64,000 nt of DNA from Chloroflexota bacterium (GCA_022826485.1 JAJDUU010000025.1:87986-151985), one strand, 5' to 3'; numbered from the stretch's first letter, positions 18,329-28,441 are shown. A program made the numbers and translations. The notes: generated from the sequence alone by a model not told the origin.

Positions 18329-19279
18329 TCACGCGAGCCGGACGCGCGGGTCGATGTAGGTGTAGAGGACGTCGACCAGGAGATTCGCAACCACGTAGAT
18401 GGTGGCCGCCAACATCACCAGCGCTTGCACCACGGTGTAGTCACGCGTGAGAATGGCCTTGACCAGCGTGAAGCCGATGCCCTTGCGGCTGAACACCACC
18501 TCGATGACCACCGCGCCGATCAGCAGGCTGCCGAACTGCAAGCCCACGATGGTCACCACCGGGATCAGGGCGTTCTTGAGCGCATGGCCCCAGACCACGG
18601 TGCTCTCGCGCACGCCCTTGGACCGCGCGGTGCGGATGTAGTCGCGGCTCATCACGTCCAGCATGGATGAGCGCGTGAGCCGGGCCACAATCGCGGCGCC
18701 CCCAATCCCCAGCGCGAGCGCGGGCATGATGAGCTCCTTGCCGTTGCCGTTGGCAATGGCCGGCAGGAGGTTATTCATATTGATGCTGAAGATGTAGATG
18801 AGTATCAGCCCGATGAGGAAATTGGGTATGGAAACGCCGAGCACCGCGACGAACTGGCTGCCGTAATCAATCCAGGTGTGATGGCGCATGGCGGACACCA
18901 CGCCGGCCACGAGCCCGATGAAGAGCGTCACCGCCATGCCGGCCAGCGTGAGCACCAGCGTCGAGGGGAATTGCTCCGCAATCACGTCCGTGATGGGCTG
19001 CTTGGTGCGGAACGAGCGCCCAAGGTCGAGCCGCAGCACGTCCCAGAGGTAGAAGGCGAACTGCTCGGGAATGGACTTGTCGAGCCGCAGTTTCGCCCGC
19101 GCTTGCTCGAGAGCGTCGATGGAGACCGAGGTGTTGGACGTTCCGCCGGCGTCGCTGCTGTAGTAGAAGACCTCGACGGGATCCCCAGGAATCAGGCGCA
19201 GCAGGACGAACACCAGCAGGAGCACGCCCAGGATCACAGGGATCGCGGCCAGCAACCGCCGGACGATGTATCGCCCCAT
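18329..19279 (-). CDS. Peptide/nickel ABC transporter permease (DppB/OppB-like)
   Basis: YIVRRLL..LIPGDP, DLGRSF, RSSMLDVMSRDYIRTARSKG, HALKNALIP, YIDPRVR. Confidence 0.93.
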   Translation of the reverse strand: MGRYIVRRLLAAIPVILGVLLLVFVLLRLIPGDPVEVFYYSSDAGGTSNTSVSIDALEQARAKLRLDKSIPEQFAFYLWDVLRLDLGRSFRTKQPITDVIAEQFPSTLVLTLAGMAVTLFIGLVAGVVSAMRHHTWIDYGSQFVAVLGVSIPNFLIGLILIYIFSINMNNLLPAIANGNGKELIMPALALGIGGAAIVARLTRSSMLDVMSRDYIRTARSKGVRESTVVWGHALKNALIPVVTIVGLQFGSLLIGAVVIEVVFSRKGIGFTLVKAILTRDYTVVQALVMLAATIYVVANLLVDVLYTYIDPRVRLA

Positions 19280-19517
19280 CCTGTGCCTGCTCCTAGCTCA
19301 CCGTGCGAACGGTCCTCCGAGGCTCCTCGGGGAGCGATGGGCCTGTGCAACCGTCGAGTCGCCTCGGCGGCGGCAGTGTAGCCGACGACTCATTCGGTCT
19401 GAGTATTGCGGGCGATGCGCAGGACGTCGCGAAGCACTGCCGGGTCCCGAGTTCGATGATTAGCCGTTTCGCACTCGTGGGACACTGCAATCAACCTGGC
19501 AGCGGTGTTCTCGCACG

Positions 19518-20678
19518 TTGAAGATCACAAGCGTCGAGACGAAAACGCTTGAGTTGTCCGGTCGCGATCCCGATGCAGGTCGGCGACGCCCCGGCTGGCT
19601 CGAGCGGAGCCACATGGCGAATCCGATGTCGCCCTATATCGCCGCCGCGTCCAACATGCTGCGTTGGGTGCCGGAGTGGCCGGACTTCCTCGTCGTGGTA
19701 ACGGCGGAGGACGGCACGCAAGGGGTTGGCCCCGGCCGATATGGGCGTCCCGTGGCCGCCGTCATCCAGGATTACCTGGGGCCGCGCATCATCGGTGAGC
19801 CTGCGCTTGCGACCGAGCGGCTCTACGACATGCTGGTGCGGCTGTGCGCGCCCTTCGGCGCCGCCGGCCTCGCGTCGTACGCCATCAGCGGCATCGACCT
19901 GGCGCTATGGGACCTGAAGGGCAAGGCGCTGGGGAGGCCCGTCTATCAGCTGCTCGGCGGTCCGGCCCGAGACTTCGTGCCGTGCTACGCCACCTGCGGC
20001 GACGTGGACTGGGTCAAGGAGCTTGGATTCACCGCCGTGAAGGTGCCCTGTCCCTACGGTCCCGTGCATGGCCGAGGTGGCCTGGCGCGAAACGTCGAGC
20101 GCGTGGCCGAGGCTCGCGAGTACATGGGTGATGATGCGCAGCTCATGCTCGACTGCTGGATGTCGCTCGACGTGGAGTACGGCGTGCAGTTGGCGGAATC
20201 GTTGCGCCCATACGACCTCGCATGGATCGAAGAGATGCTCCGCCCGGAGGACTTCGACGGCTACGCGCAGTTGCGGACCCGCCTACCGTGGCAGACGCTC
20301 GCTACGGGTGAGCATTGGTACACCCCATTTCCCTTCCAGCACGCGGCGTCGCGCCGCCTGGTGGACATCTTGCAGCCGGATATCGCGTGGGTGGGCGGGT
20401 TGACGCCCCTGCTCAAGATTTGCGCCATCGCGGACGCGGCGGGGCTGACCGTCATTCCGCACGGCGGGGCTGGGAGTCCGTACGGACAACACGCCCTCTT
20501 CGCCCTCCCGGCGATCCCGCTTGGCGAGTGGTACATCGCCACGGCGCCGGGTGTTCCGCTGGAGAACGGTCCCTTGTTGCCGGGTACGGCCGTGCCCACA
20601 AACGGCAGGCTGCGACCATCCGACGCGCCCGGATTTGGCGTGGAGATCGATGCCGACAAGCTGTCGGCGTTCCGGTAG
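19518..20678 (+). CDS. L-rhamnonate dehydratase-like enolase-superfamily enzyme
   Basis: ANPMSPY, DLALWDLKGK, KVPCPYGP, LMLDCWMSLD, WIEE, TGEHWYT, ILQPDI, VIPHG. Confidence 0.85.
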   Translation: MKITSVETKTLELSGRDPDAGRRRPGWLERSHMANPMSPYIAAASNMLRWVPEWPDFLVVVTAEDGTQGVGPGRYGRPVAAVIQDYLGPRIIGEPALATERLYDMLVRLCAPFGAAGLASYAISGIDLALWDLKGKALGRPVYQLLGGPARDFVPCYATCGDVDWVKELGFTAVKVPCPYGPVHGRGGLARNVERVAEAREYMGDDAQLMLDCWMSLDVEYGVQLAESLRPYDLAWIEEMLRPEDFDGYAQLRTRLPWQTLATGEHWYTPFPFQHAASRRLVDILQPDIAWVGGLTPLLKICAIADAAGLTVIPHGGAGSPYGQHALFALPAIPLGEWYIATAPGVPLENGPLLPGTAVPTNGRLRPSDAPGFGVEIDADKLSAFR

Positions 20679-20687
20679 GGCCGGCTG

Positions 20688-21626
20688 ATGGAGTATCGGC
20701 GCCTGGGCCGGACGGGCCTCGAAGTGTCGCTGGTGGGACTAGGTACCGGCGGGCCAAGCCAGTTGGGGCAGACGCGCGGCGCCACGCGCGACGTGATTCG
20801 CGCATTCGTGCGGCGCGCGCTCGACCTGGGAATCAACTATTTCGACACCGCGCCGGTGTATCACGACAGCGAGGCGCTGCTCGCCCATGCGCTGGACGGC
20901 GTGCCTCGAGACGAGGCCGTGATCGCGACCAAATATCCGAGCGTGGTCGACGTGCACGCGGACGCGCCGCCCCTGGCGCCGCCGAGCGTCATTCGCCCAT
21001 CGGTCGAGGCGAGCCTGCGGCGGCTCCGGCGGGACGCGCTGGATATCGTGCTGATTCACGCGCTGCGGCCGGAGCTGTATGACGACTGCCGCGAGCGTCA
21101 GGTGCCCGAGTTGCTGCGCCTCAAGGACGACGGCCTGGCGCGGTTCGTCGGGATTTCCGGATGGCCGGTGATGGTGGGCCGGGCCGTCGCCGACGGATGG
21201 CCAGATGTGGTGATGCCGAATTACAACCTGCTGACGCACGCCGCCGAGCGGCATGTGTTCCCGTTGGCCCGCGTGCACGACGTGGGCGTGGTCGCGATGA
21301 CGCCGGTGCGTCGAGCCATGGCCGATCCCGCGCACCTGCGCGAGGTGGTGAGGCAGATGAAAGCCGCCGGCGTGGCGCCGACCGCGTCAGTGCCGGATGC
21401 GGAGCCGCTCGACTGGCTCATTCACGGCGACGTGGGGTCGGTGATCGAGGCGGCCTACCGGTTTGCCGCCGCGCCCCGGGAGGTCGCCTGCGTGCTGACG
21501 GGCACGGCCGATCCGGCCCATCTCGAATCAAACGTCGAAGCGGTGCGGCGAGGACCCTTGCCCGCCGCCGACGTCGAGCGGCTGCGGACAGCCTTCGGCG
21601 GTCACGACGAGTACTTCGGCGACTAG
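20688..21626 (+). CDS. Aldo/keto reductase
   Basis: MEYRRLGRTGLEVS, GINYFDTAPVY, IATK, SLRRLRRDALDIVLIH. Confidence 0.9.
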   Translation: MEYRRLGRTGLEVSLVGLGTGGPSQLGQTRGATRDVIRAFVRRALDLGINYFDTAPVYHDSEALLAHALDGVPRDEAVIATKYPSVVDVHADAPPLAPPSVIRPSVEASLRRLRRDALDIVLIHALRPELYDDCRERQVPELLRLKDDGLARFVGISGWPVMVGRAVADGWPDVVMPNYNLLTHAAERHVFPLARVHDVGVVAMTPVRRAMADPAHLREVVRQMKAAGVAPTASVPDAEPLDWLIHGDVGSVIEAAYRFAAAPREVACVLTGTADPAHLESNVEAVRRGPLPAADVERLRTAFGGHDEYFGD

Positions 21627-21674
21627 TGCCGAAGCCCGCGCGTGCGATGCACCGCCAGGCGGGGCAGAAAGAGC

Positions 21675-21789
21675 GCACCGCCGCCGGTCCTGGGTTTACC
21701 TGCTCCGCGATGAGCACGAGGCTCGTTCGCAGGAAGGTCCTGGCCGAGGTTCCCGCCCAACCTCGGCCACCCAGACCCGGCGGCGGTGC
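21675..21789. other. Long stem-loop at the 3' end of an SBP gene (possible mRNA stabiliser or terminator)
   Basis: 21-nt inverted repeat 21675-21695 / 21769-21789 enclosing hairpin TGGCCGAGGTT/AACCTCGGCCA. Confidence 0.6.
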
Positions 21790-21804
21790 TGATCTCCCTA
21801 GACG

Positions 21805-23724
21805 CTAGCCGCCCTTCTTGTCGTAGAAGTCCATCGCGAACGCCTGGTCGAGCAGCGTGGAGTGCGCCACGCCACCGATCTGGTCGCTGTTGTAGAACCA
21901 CTGCGCCATGGCGTCGGCCAGCGGGATGTTGACGGCGGCCTCCTGGATCAGGCGGTTCGCCTCCATCCACATCTCGGCGCGCTTGGACTCGTCGAACTCG
22001 GCGCGGGCCCCGTCGAGCAATGCGTCGATGGGGTCGCCCTCGGTCGCCACGCCCGGCTCACCGTTGTAGTTGAGGAATGCGAACGCCCGGCCCGGCAGCC
22101 CGTAGTTCGACGTGTGGTACTTGGCGTACAGCACGTCGGCGTCGGGGCCACGCCCGCCGGTCCACTGGTGGGTGTACTTCCCTTGCGCCATGTCGTTGAT
22201 GTAGGTCGCGAACTCGACGTTCGGGATGTCCACGAAGATGCCAATGCTGGACTCGATGTCCAGCTTGTACAGCTCGCTCAGCGGGTTGGGCGTGTTGGGA
22301 AACTCAACCTGCATGCGCTCGCCGTCGCGGTAGCGGAAGCCGTCGTCGCCGCGAGCGTAGCCGGCGTCATCCAGCAGCTGGTTGGCAAGGCCAACGTCCC
22401 ACGGGTAGAGGTCTTCCATCGCCTCGTTGTAGCCGATGGTGCCCGGCGTGAGGATGTTGCCCGCGATGCGCGGGATGCCGCCGTTGCCGCGCTGCACCAC
22501 GAGCTTCTTGTTGACCGCGTGGTTCAGCGCCTTGCGGACGACGATGTCGTCGGTGGGCCAGCGCGTCGAGTTGATGTGCAGGAACCACGGCATGCCCGAA
22601 GACATTCGCCCGAGGATGGCGCGGTTGTCCTGCTTCGCGAAGCGCTCCATGTCGATGAACTGGAAGTGTTGGATCCAGTCCACCTCGCCGGCCTCGAAGG
22701 CCGCCGCGCGCGCCACTGCGTCCTGCGCCAGAATCTGGATGACGAACTCGTCGGGGTAAGGAGCCCCCTGGTTCGTCGCCCACTCGGGCGCCCAGGCGTA
22801 GTCTTCGTTCCGCTCGTAGGTGACGGAGACCTGCTCCTGCCACTCCTTGAACTTGTACGGACCCGTGCCGACCGGGTTACGCGCGATGTCCTCGCGATAC
22901 TCGATGTACGCCGCCGGCGAGGCAAACGTGATCTGACGGTCCGCCAGCACCTGCATGAACAGCGCCTGCGGGGTCTTCGTCTTCAGGTCGACGGTGAACT
23001 CGTCCACCACCGTGAGGCTCTCCACGTCGCCGACTGTGCCCGCGATCTCGCCCCGCTCCAGGCTCTCGTCCAAGAAGAGCATGAAGTTGAACGCCACCGC
23101 CTCCGCGTTGAACGGCGTGCCGTCGTGGAACTTCACGTCCTGCCGCAACGGGATGCGGCGAGTCAGGCGGTCATCCGACAGCTCGGGCATGTCGGCGGCC
23201 AGCCGCGGGACGATGCGGTTGTTGGGCGCCCAGGTGTACAAGGTCTCGTACATCGGGAAGCCGCTGCGGTAGGACCACTGGTCCATGCGCACGGGGTTGA
23301 AGGACGTGATGGGACCCGGCGTACCCCAGGTGATGCGGCCACCGCGGGTCGGATTCCACTCGCCGAGCGGAACGGCTTCGTCTGAGCGGAAGAGGTTGAT
23401 GCCCTTCAGCGCGCCGCGCGCCGCCGTCTCGGCCTCGATCTCGACGATCACTTCCTTCTCGACGACGACTTCCTTTTCGACGACGACTTCCTTCTCGACG
23501 ACGACGGCCTTCTCGACTTCCTTGATGACTTCCTGCGTCACCACCTTCTCGACCTCGACCTGTTGGATCTCGGTGACGGTGACGATCTTCTCGACCTCGA
23601 CTTCCCTGATCTGAACCTCGCCCTCGCCACACGCGGCGAGCGCGGCAACGCCGACGCCTCCCGCGAGGGCCAATGCCCCGCCACGGAGGACGTTTCGACG
23701 ACTCAGAGACTTACCACGATCCAT
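21805..23724 (-). CDS. ABC substrate-binding protein, family 5 (Tat lipoprotein), copy 2
   Basis: SRRNVL Tat motif, LAAC lipobox, VEKEVV repeats, LRQDVKFHDGTPFNAEAV, PVGTGPYK, VRKALNHAVN; start ATG 23724 by alignment with paralogue. Confidence 0.92.
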   Translation of the reverse strand: MDRGKSLSRRNVLRGGALALAGGVGVAALAACGEGEVQIREVEVEKIVTVTEIQQVEVEKVVTQEVIKEVEKAVVVEKEVVVEKEVVVEKEVIVEIEAETAARGALKGINLFRSDEAVPLGEWNPTRGGRITWGTPGPITSFNPVRMDQWSYRSGFPMYETLYTWAPNNRIVPRLAADMPELSDDRLTRRIPLRQDVKFHDGTPFNAEAVAFNFMLFLDESLERGEIAGTVGDVESLTVVDEFTVDLKTKTPQALFMQVLADRQITFASPAAYIEYREDIARNPVGTGPYKFKEWQEQVSVTYERNEDYAWAPEWATNQGAPYPDEFVIQILAQDAVARAAAFEAGEVDWIQHFQFIDMERFAKQDNRAILGRMSSGMPWFLHINSTRWPTDDIVVRKALNHAVNKKLVVQRGNGGIPRIAGNILTPGTIGYNEAMEDLYPWDVGLANQLLDDAGYARGDDGFRYRDGERMQVEFPNTPNPLSELYKLDIESSIGIFVDIPNVEFATYINDMAQGKYTHQWTGGRGPDADVLYAKYHTSNYGLPGRAFAFLNYNGEPGVATEGDPIDALLDGARAEFDESKRAEMWMEANRLIQEAAVNIPLADAMAQWFYNSDQIGGVAHSTLLDQAFAMDFYDKKGG

Positions 23725-23767
23725 AGACCATCCCTCCAATTGCAGGCTTTCCGAGCCTGTGCGCGAG

Positions 23768-23776
23768 AGGATACCA
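23768..23776 (-). promoter_or_regulatory. Putative extended -10 promoter (TGGTATCCT)
   Basis: Equivalent TGGTATTCT at 25893-25901 before the paralogous SBP, in a conserved upstream block. Confidence 0.45.
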
Positions 23777-23857
23777 GCCCGCGCGGGCGATTTGCACCGC
23801 GCAGAACCGGTGGTCGCGGGTCGCTTTGGTCGTCTACGCCCGCCCACGCGGGAGTCC

Positions 23858-23918
23858 CGGCACCGTCCGCCGGCGGATGATCCGAGCGGTCCCGAGACCC
23901 TCCCGGCGGACGGTGCCG
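23858..23918. other. Stem-loop at the 3' end of SBP copy 1
   Basis: Perfect 16-bp inverted repeat CGGCACCGTCCGCCGG / CCGGCGGACGGTGCCG. Confidence 0.6.
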
Positions 23919-23931
23919 ATCTCCCTAGGCG

Positions 23932-25851
23932 CTAGCCGCCCTTCTTGTCGTAGAAGTCGAGCACGGTGGCTGGTTCGTGGATTGTGGAGAGCGCCACGCC
24001 GCCGATCTGGTCCCTGTTGTAGAACCACTGCCCCATGGCATCCGACAGCGGCAGGTTGACGGCGGCCTCCTGGATCAGGCGGTTCGCCTCCATCCACATC
24101 TCGGCGCGCTTGGACTCGTCGAACTCGGAGCGCGCCCCGTCGAGCAGTGCGTCGATGGGGTCGCCCTCGGTCGGCACGCCCGGCTCACCGTTGTAGTTGA
24201 GAAACGCGAACGCCCGGCCCGGCAGCCCGTAGTTCGATGTGTGGTACTTGGGATACAGCACGTCGCCGTCAGGGCCGCCCCCGCCAGTCCACTGGTGGGT
24301 GTACTTCCCTTGCGCCATGTCGTTGATGTAGGTCGCGAACTCGACGTTCGGGATGTCCACGAAGATGCCGATGCCGGACTCGATGTCCAGCTTGTACAGC
24401 TCGCTCAACGGGTTGGGCGTGTTGGGGAACTCGACCTGCATGCGCTGGCCGTCGCGGTAGCGGAAGCCGTCCTCACCGCGCGTGTAGCCGGCGTCGTCCA
24501 GCAACTGGTTGGCCTTGCCGACGTCCCACGGGTAGAGGTCTTCCATGTCCGCGTTGTAGCCGATGGTGCCCGGCGTGAGGATGTTGCCCGCGATGCGCGG
24601 GATGCCGCCGTTGCCGCGCTGCACCACCAACTTCTTGTTGATGGCGTGATTCAGCGCCTTGCGCACGACGATGTCGTCGGTGGGCCAGCGCATGGAGTTG
24701 ATGTGCAGGAACCACGGCATGCCCGGGGCCAGACGTCCGAGGATGATGCGGTTGTCCTGCTTCGCGAAGCGCTCCAGGTCGATGAACTGGAAGTGCTGGA
24801 TCCAGTCCACCTCGCCGGCCTCGAAGGCCGCCGCGCGCGCCACCGCGTCCTGCGCCAGAATCTGAACCACGAACTCGTCCGGATACGGCGCCCCCTTGTT
24901 CGTTGCCCACTCCGGCGCCCACGCGTAGTCATCAAACCGCTCATAGGTGACGGAGACCTGCTCCTGCCACTCCTTGAACTTGTAGGCGCCGGTGCCGACC
25001 GGATTGCGCGCGATGTCTTCGCGGTAGGTGATATAGGCCTGCGGCGAGGCGAACGTGATCTGAAAATCGGCAAGCACCTGCATGAACAGCGCCTGCGGGG
25101 TCTTCGTCTTCAAATCGATGGTGAAGTCGTCCACCTTCGTGACGCTCTCGATGTCTCCCACCTTGCCCGCGATCTCGCCCCGCTCCAGGCTCTCGTCCAG
25201 GAACAGCATGAAGTTGAAGGTCACCGCGTCCGCGTTGAACGGCGTGCCGTCGTGGAACTTCACGTCGCGACGCAACGGAATGCGGCGCGTCAGGCGGTCA
25301 GCGGACAGCTCGGGCAGGTCAGAGGCCAGCCACGGAATGATCCGGTTGCCCGGCGCCCACGTGTACAGGTTCTCGTAAATCGGGAAGCCGTTGCGATAGG
25401 ACCACTGGTCCATACGCACGGGGTTGAGCGACGTGATCGGGCCCGGCGTTCCCCAGGTGATCCGGCCACCCCGGGTCGGGTTCCACTCGCCGAGCGGAAC
25501 GGATTCGTCGGAGCGGAAGAGGTTGACGCCCTTTTGAAGTCCGCGAGCGGCCGTCTCGGCCTCGATCTCGACGATGACTTCCTTCTCGACGACGACTTCC
25601 CTTTCGACGACGACTTCCTTCTCGACGACGACGGCCTTCTCGACTTCCTTGATGACTTCCTGCGTCACCACCTTCTCGACCTCGACCTGTTGGATCTCGG
25701 TGACGGTGACGACCTTCTCGACCTCGACTTCCCTGATCTCGACCTCGCCCTCGCCGCAGGCTGCAAGCGCGGCGACGCCGACGCCACCCGCGAGGGCCAA
25801 GGCCCCGCCACGGAGGACGTTCCGGCGACTCAAAGATTTGCCACGATTCAT
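23932..25851 (-). CDS. ABC substrate-binding protein, family 5 (Tat lipoprotein), copy 1
   Basis: Same motifs as 21805-23724 and closely similar along the whole length. Confidence 0.92.
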   Translation of the reverse strand: MNRGKSLSRRNVLRGGALALAGGVGVAALAACGEGEVEIREVEVEKVVTVTEIQQVEVEKVVTQEVIKEVEKAVVVEKEVVVEREVVVEKEVIVEIEAETAARGLQKGVNLFRSDESVPLGEWNPTRGGRITWGTPGPITSLNPVRMDQWSYRNGFPIYENLYTWAPGNRIIPWLASDLPELSADRLTRRIPLRRDVKFHDGTPFNADAVTFNFMLFLDESLERGEIAGKVGDIESVTKVDDFTIDLKTKTPQALFMQVLADFQITFASPQAYITYREDIARNPVGTGAYKFKEWQEQVSVTYERFDDYAWAPEWATNKGAPYPDEFVVQILAQDAVARAAAFEAGEVDWIQHFQFIDLERFAKQDNRIILGRLAPGMPWFLHINSMRWPTDDIVVRKALNHAINKKLVVQRGNGGIPRIAGNILTPGTIGYNADMEDLYPWDVGKANQLLDDAGYTRGEDGFRYRDGQRMQVEFPNTPNPLSELYKLDIESGIGIFVDIPNVEFATYINDMAQGKYTHQWTGGGGPDGDVLYPKYHTSNYGLPGRAFAFLNYNGEPGVPTEGDPIDALLDGARSEFDESKRAEMWMEANRLIQEAAVNLPLSDAMGQWFYNRDQIGGVALSTIHEPATVLDFYDKKGG

Positions 25852-25951
25852 AATTCCCTCCCCGAATATCTGGCCTTACGAACCTGTGCATGAGAATACC
25901 AGTCGGCACGTATTTCGCTGGGCCCGGAACCGGTCGCGGCGACCGACGGAG

Positions 25952-26920
25952 CTACTGCGCCCAGGCGCTCGCTTGGGGGTCCAGGGCCTCGCGCAGGCCG
26001 TCGCCCAGCATGTTGAACGACAGCACCGTCAGGGCCAGCGCCAGCCCGTTGAAGATGCAGATCCACGGCGCCAGGGCGAGCACGGCGCGATACTGGGCAA
26101 TCTCCAGGCCCCACTCCGGCGTCGGCGGTGAGGCGCCCAAGCCCAGGAAGCTGAGTCCGGCCGCCGAGATGATGGTCGAACCGAGACCCAGCGTGGACAT
26201 GATCAGAATCGGGCTGAGGATGTTGGGCAGGATGTGGCGCACGATGATGCGGGTGTCGCGCATCCCGATCGCGCGCGCCGCTCGCACGTAGCCGAACTCC
26301 TTGGCCGAGAGCGTCGAACCACGCACGACACGCGCATAGAAGGGAACGCCGGCGACGCCCAAAGCGATCATGGCGTTGGTGAGGCTGGGCCCGAGCGACG
26401 CGACGATCACGATGGCGAGCAGCAGCCCCGGAAACGCCAGCAGCACGTCGAGCAGGCGGCTGATGACCATGTCGATCCGTCCGCCGAAATAGCCGGCGGC
26501 CATGCCGAGAATCGTGCCGCCGGCCCCGGCCAGCAAGACCGCGACGAAGCCCACCCGCAGCGAAATGCGCGACCCGTGCACCACGCGGCTGAAGACGTCG
26601 CGGCCGATGTCGTCCGTGCCAAAGGGAAAGAACGCCGGCTCCACCTCGCCGCTTTCTCCCACGCGAGTGCCGCTCGACCATGGCGGGCGCAGGCGGTTCT
26701 CGAGCACCGACTCGAGCGTCGGCTTGGTGTTGATGCCTTCCGGCGCGATGAGGTCGGCGAAGATGGCGCAGAGTGCAAAGAGAATCAGCACCACGCCGCC
26801 GGCCATGGCCGCGAGGTTGCGGCGCAGCCGCCGCCACGCCATGGACCACTCGCTGCGCACGGCGGACGAAGCCACTGCGTCGATGGACGCCGCGTCGGAT
26901 AGGGGTTCGGCTTGTGCCAT
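25952..26920 (-). CDS. Peptide/nickel ABC transporter permease (DppC/OppC-like)
   Basis: FGTDDIGRDVFSRVVHGSRISL, YVRAARAIG, RHILPN, LSFLGLG..PPTPEWG, GDGLREALDP. Confidence 0.93.
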   Translation of the reverse strand: MAQAEPLSDAASIDAVASSAVRSEWSMAWRRLRRNLAAMAGGVVLILFALCAIFADLIAPEGINTKPTLESVLENRLRPPWSSGTRVGESGEVEPAFFPFGTDDIGRDVFSRVVHGSRISLRVGFVAVLLAGAGGTILGMAAGYFGGRIDMVISRLLDVLLAFPGLLLAIVIVASLGPSLTNAMIALGVAGVPFYARVVRGSTLSAKEFGYVRAARAIGMRDTRIIVRHILPNILSPILIMSTLGLGSTIISAAGLSFLGLGASPPTPEWGLEIAQYRAVLALAPWICIFNGLALALTVLSFNMLGDGLREALDPQASAWAQ

Positions 26921-26995
26921 TGCCGCCGGTAGGAAAGGGGCTGCGATTCGCGACGATACTACAAAGGGCGATTGACGGCGCGTGCCGACGGCCGC

Positions 26996-27865
26996 CTACG
27001 CCAGCGCCACCAGCGCCGCGCCGGCGGCGATGGCGCCGGCGCCGATGAAGCGCGGGGCGTGCCGCGGCTCACGGAGCAGCGTCATCCCGAGGGCCGCGCC
27101 GATCATGATGCTCACCTCGCGCGCGGCGGAGACGTAGGGCGCGGGCGCCATGGTGAGCGCAATGAGTACCAGCAGGTAAGCGGTTACTGCCAGAAGGCCG
27201 ACCAACGTCGCGTCGCGCCGGGACACCGGCGCTCGGCGCCAGGGCCGCCGCCCATAGCGCGCCAGGACCAGCGGGGTCAGCAGGGCGGCAGCGATGAGCC
27301 ACATCAAGTAGGCGTACGGAAGCGGATTGACGACGGCCACGCCCTGCTTGTCGACCAGCGTGTACGTCGCGATGAGTACGCCGGTGAACGCCGCGTAGCG
27401 ACCTCCCGGTCGCAGCAGCATGCGCGGCGCGTCGAGTAGCGACTTCGGATCGAGGCTCTGGAGATTGATCAGATAGATTCCGGCGACCACGGCGAGCACG
27501 CCGGCCACGCCCAACGGCGAAACGGATTCGCCCACGATCCAGACGCTCGCCACCAGGACCAGGGCGGGTCCGATGCCCCGGGCCAGGGGATAGGTGACCG
27601 AGAGATCGGCTCGGGCGTAGGCATTGCCGAGCGACCAAAAGTACGCCGCGTGCAGGACCCCCGTGGCTATGATCCAGCCCCAGCCAGCCGGCGGAATCGG
27701 CTCCAGGACGACGCCGACGATGAACACCGGCAGGTAGATCGCCAACGTGACGACCAGGGCCAGCCAGAAGAAGACCGGGTGTCCCTCGCCGCGCTTGGCG
27801 AGCAAGTTCCATACCGCGTGCATCGCGGCCGCGATAAACACCAGCGCCAGCGCAGCCGGAGGCAC
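26996..27865 (-). CDS. EamA/DMT family transporter
   Basis: HAVWNLLAK, AYARADLSVTYPLARG, YTLVDK, VSAAREVS; about 10 hydrophobic segments. Confidence 0.88.
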   Translation of the reverse strand: MPPAALALVFIAAAMHAVWNLLAKRGEGHPVFFWLALVVTLAIYLPVFIVGVVLEPIPPAGWGWIIATGVLHAAYFWSLGNAYARADLSVTYPLARGIGPALVLVASVWIVGESVSPLGVAGVLAVVAGIYLINLQSLDPKSLLDAPRMLLRPGGRYAAFTGVLIATYTLVDKQGVAVVNPLPYAYLMWLIAAALLTPLVLARYGRRPWRRAPVSRRDATLVGLLAVTAYLLVLIALTMAPAPYVSAAREVSIMIGAALGMTLLREPRHAPRFIGAGAIAAGAALVALA

Positions 27866-27952
27866 AGTGAATCCCTGTCGAGGGTCGTGGGGTGCGGCAA
27901 GCTACCACGGAGTCAGGCCGGTCCCCGCGGCCCGAAAGCGCCGCAGACGGCC

Positions 27953-28441
27953 TTAGGTCATCCTGATCTGGATCGTGGCCGTGCCGTCGTAACGCAGGCG
28001 CTCGCAGCGGGCGGCGAAGGCCTGCCAAACGTCCGCTGGACCCTCGAACGACCCGAAGACGTTCGCCGCTTCGAGCGTGATGAACTTTCCGGGAATGGTG
28101 GGGCGCGCGTAGCGGTCGTAGGGCCAATAGACCTCGCTCAAGGCGCCCGGGTGGCCGTGCCGCGTGCCGGCTTCATAGTGCGTGAAGATCAGGTCGCCGG
28201 GCGCCACGCAGGTGGTGGCGTTCTCGATGGGCGCCACAACGGTCGGGTCGAAATAGAACGCCGCGATGGTCCCCGAGTAGATCGCATGCAGGCACTCGGC
28301 TTCCGCGGGCAATCCCGCCGTCACCGCCGCGCAAGTCTGCGGCGCGGCGTCCCACAGCAGCTTGAAGCGAGCCGACGGGGCGCCCGGCAGCTCGAGCTCG
28401 ATAGTGGAAACCCTGGGCTCCTCTGATTCCGGTGTGGCCAT
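27953..28441 (-). CDS. DUF3830 family (cyclophilin-like) protein
   Basis: LLWDAAPQTCAAV..LP, HAIYSG, ENATTCVAPGD. Confidence 0.7.
   Translation of the reverse strand: MATPESEEPRVSTIELELPGAPSARFKLLWDAAPQTCAAVTAGLPAEAECLHAIYSGTIAAFYFDPTVVAPIENATTCVAPGDLIFTHYEAGTRHGHPGALSEVYWPYDRYARPTIPGKFITLEAANVFGSFEGPADVWQAFAARCERLRYDGTATIQIRMT

Noticed and set aside
19280-19517. Possible riboswitch in the divergent region before the ABC permease (also 53695-54004 and 55883-56277)
   Set aside because: Only short GC hairpins; no conserved riboswitch core that I can recognise. An Rfam scan would settle it.
23451-23520. 18-nt tandem repeats (also near 25579-25650) and the PT repeats at 56372-56725 as possible CRISPR or VNTR arrays
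   Set aside because: In-frame coding repeats (EKEVVV, PTPTPE) with no unique spacers and no cas genes.
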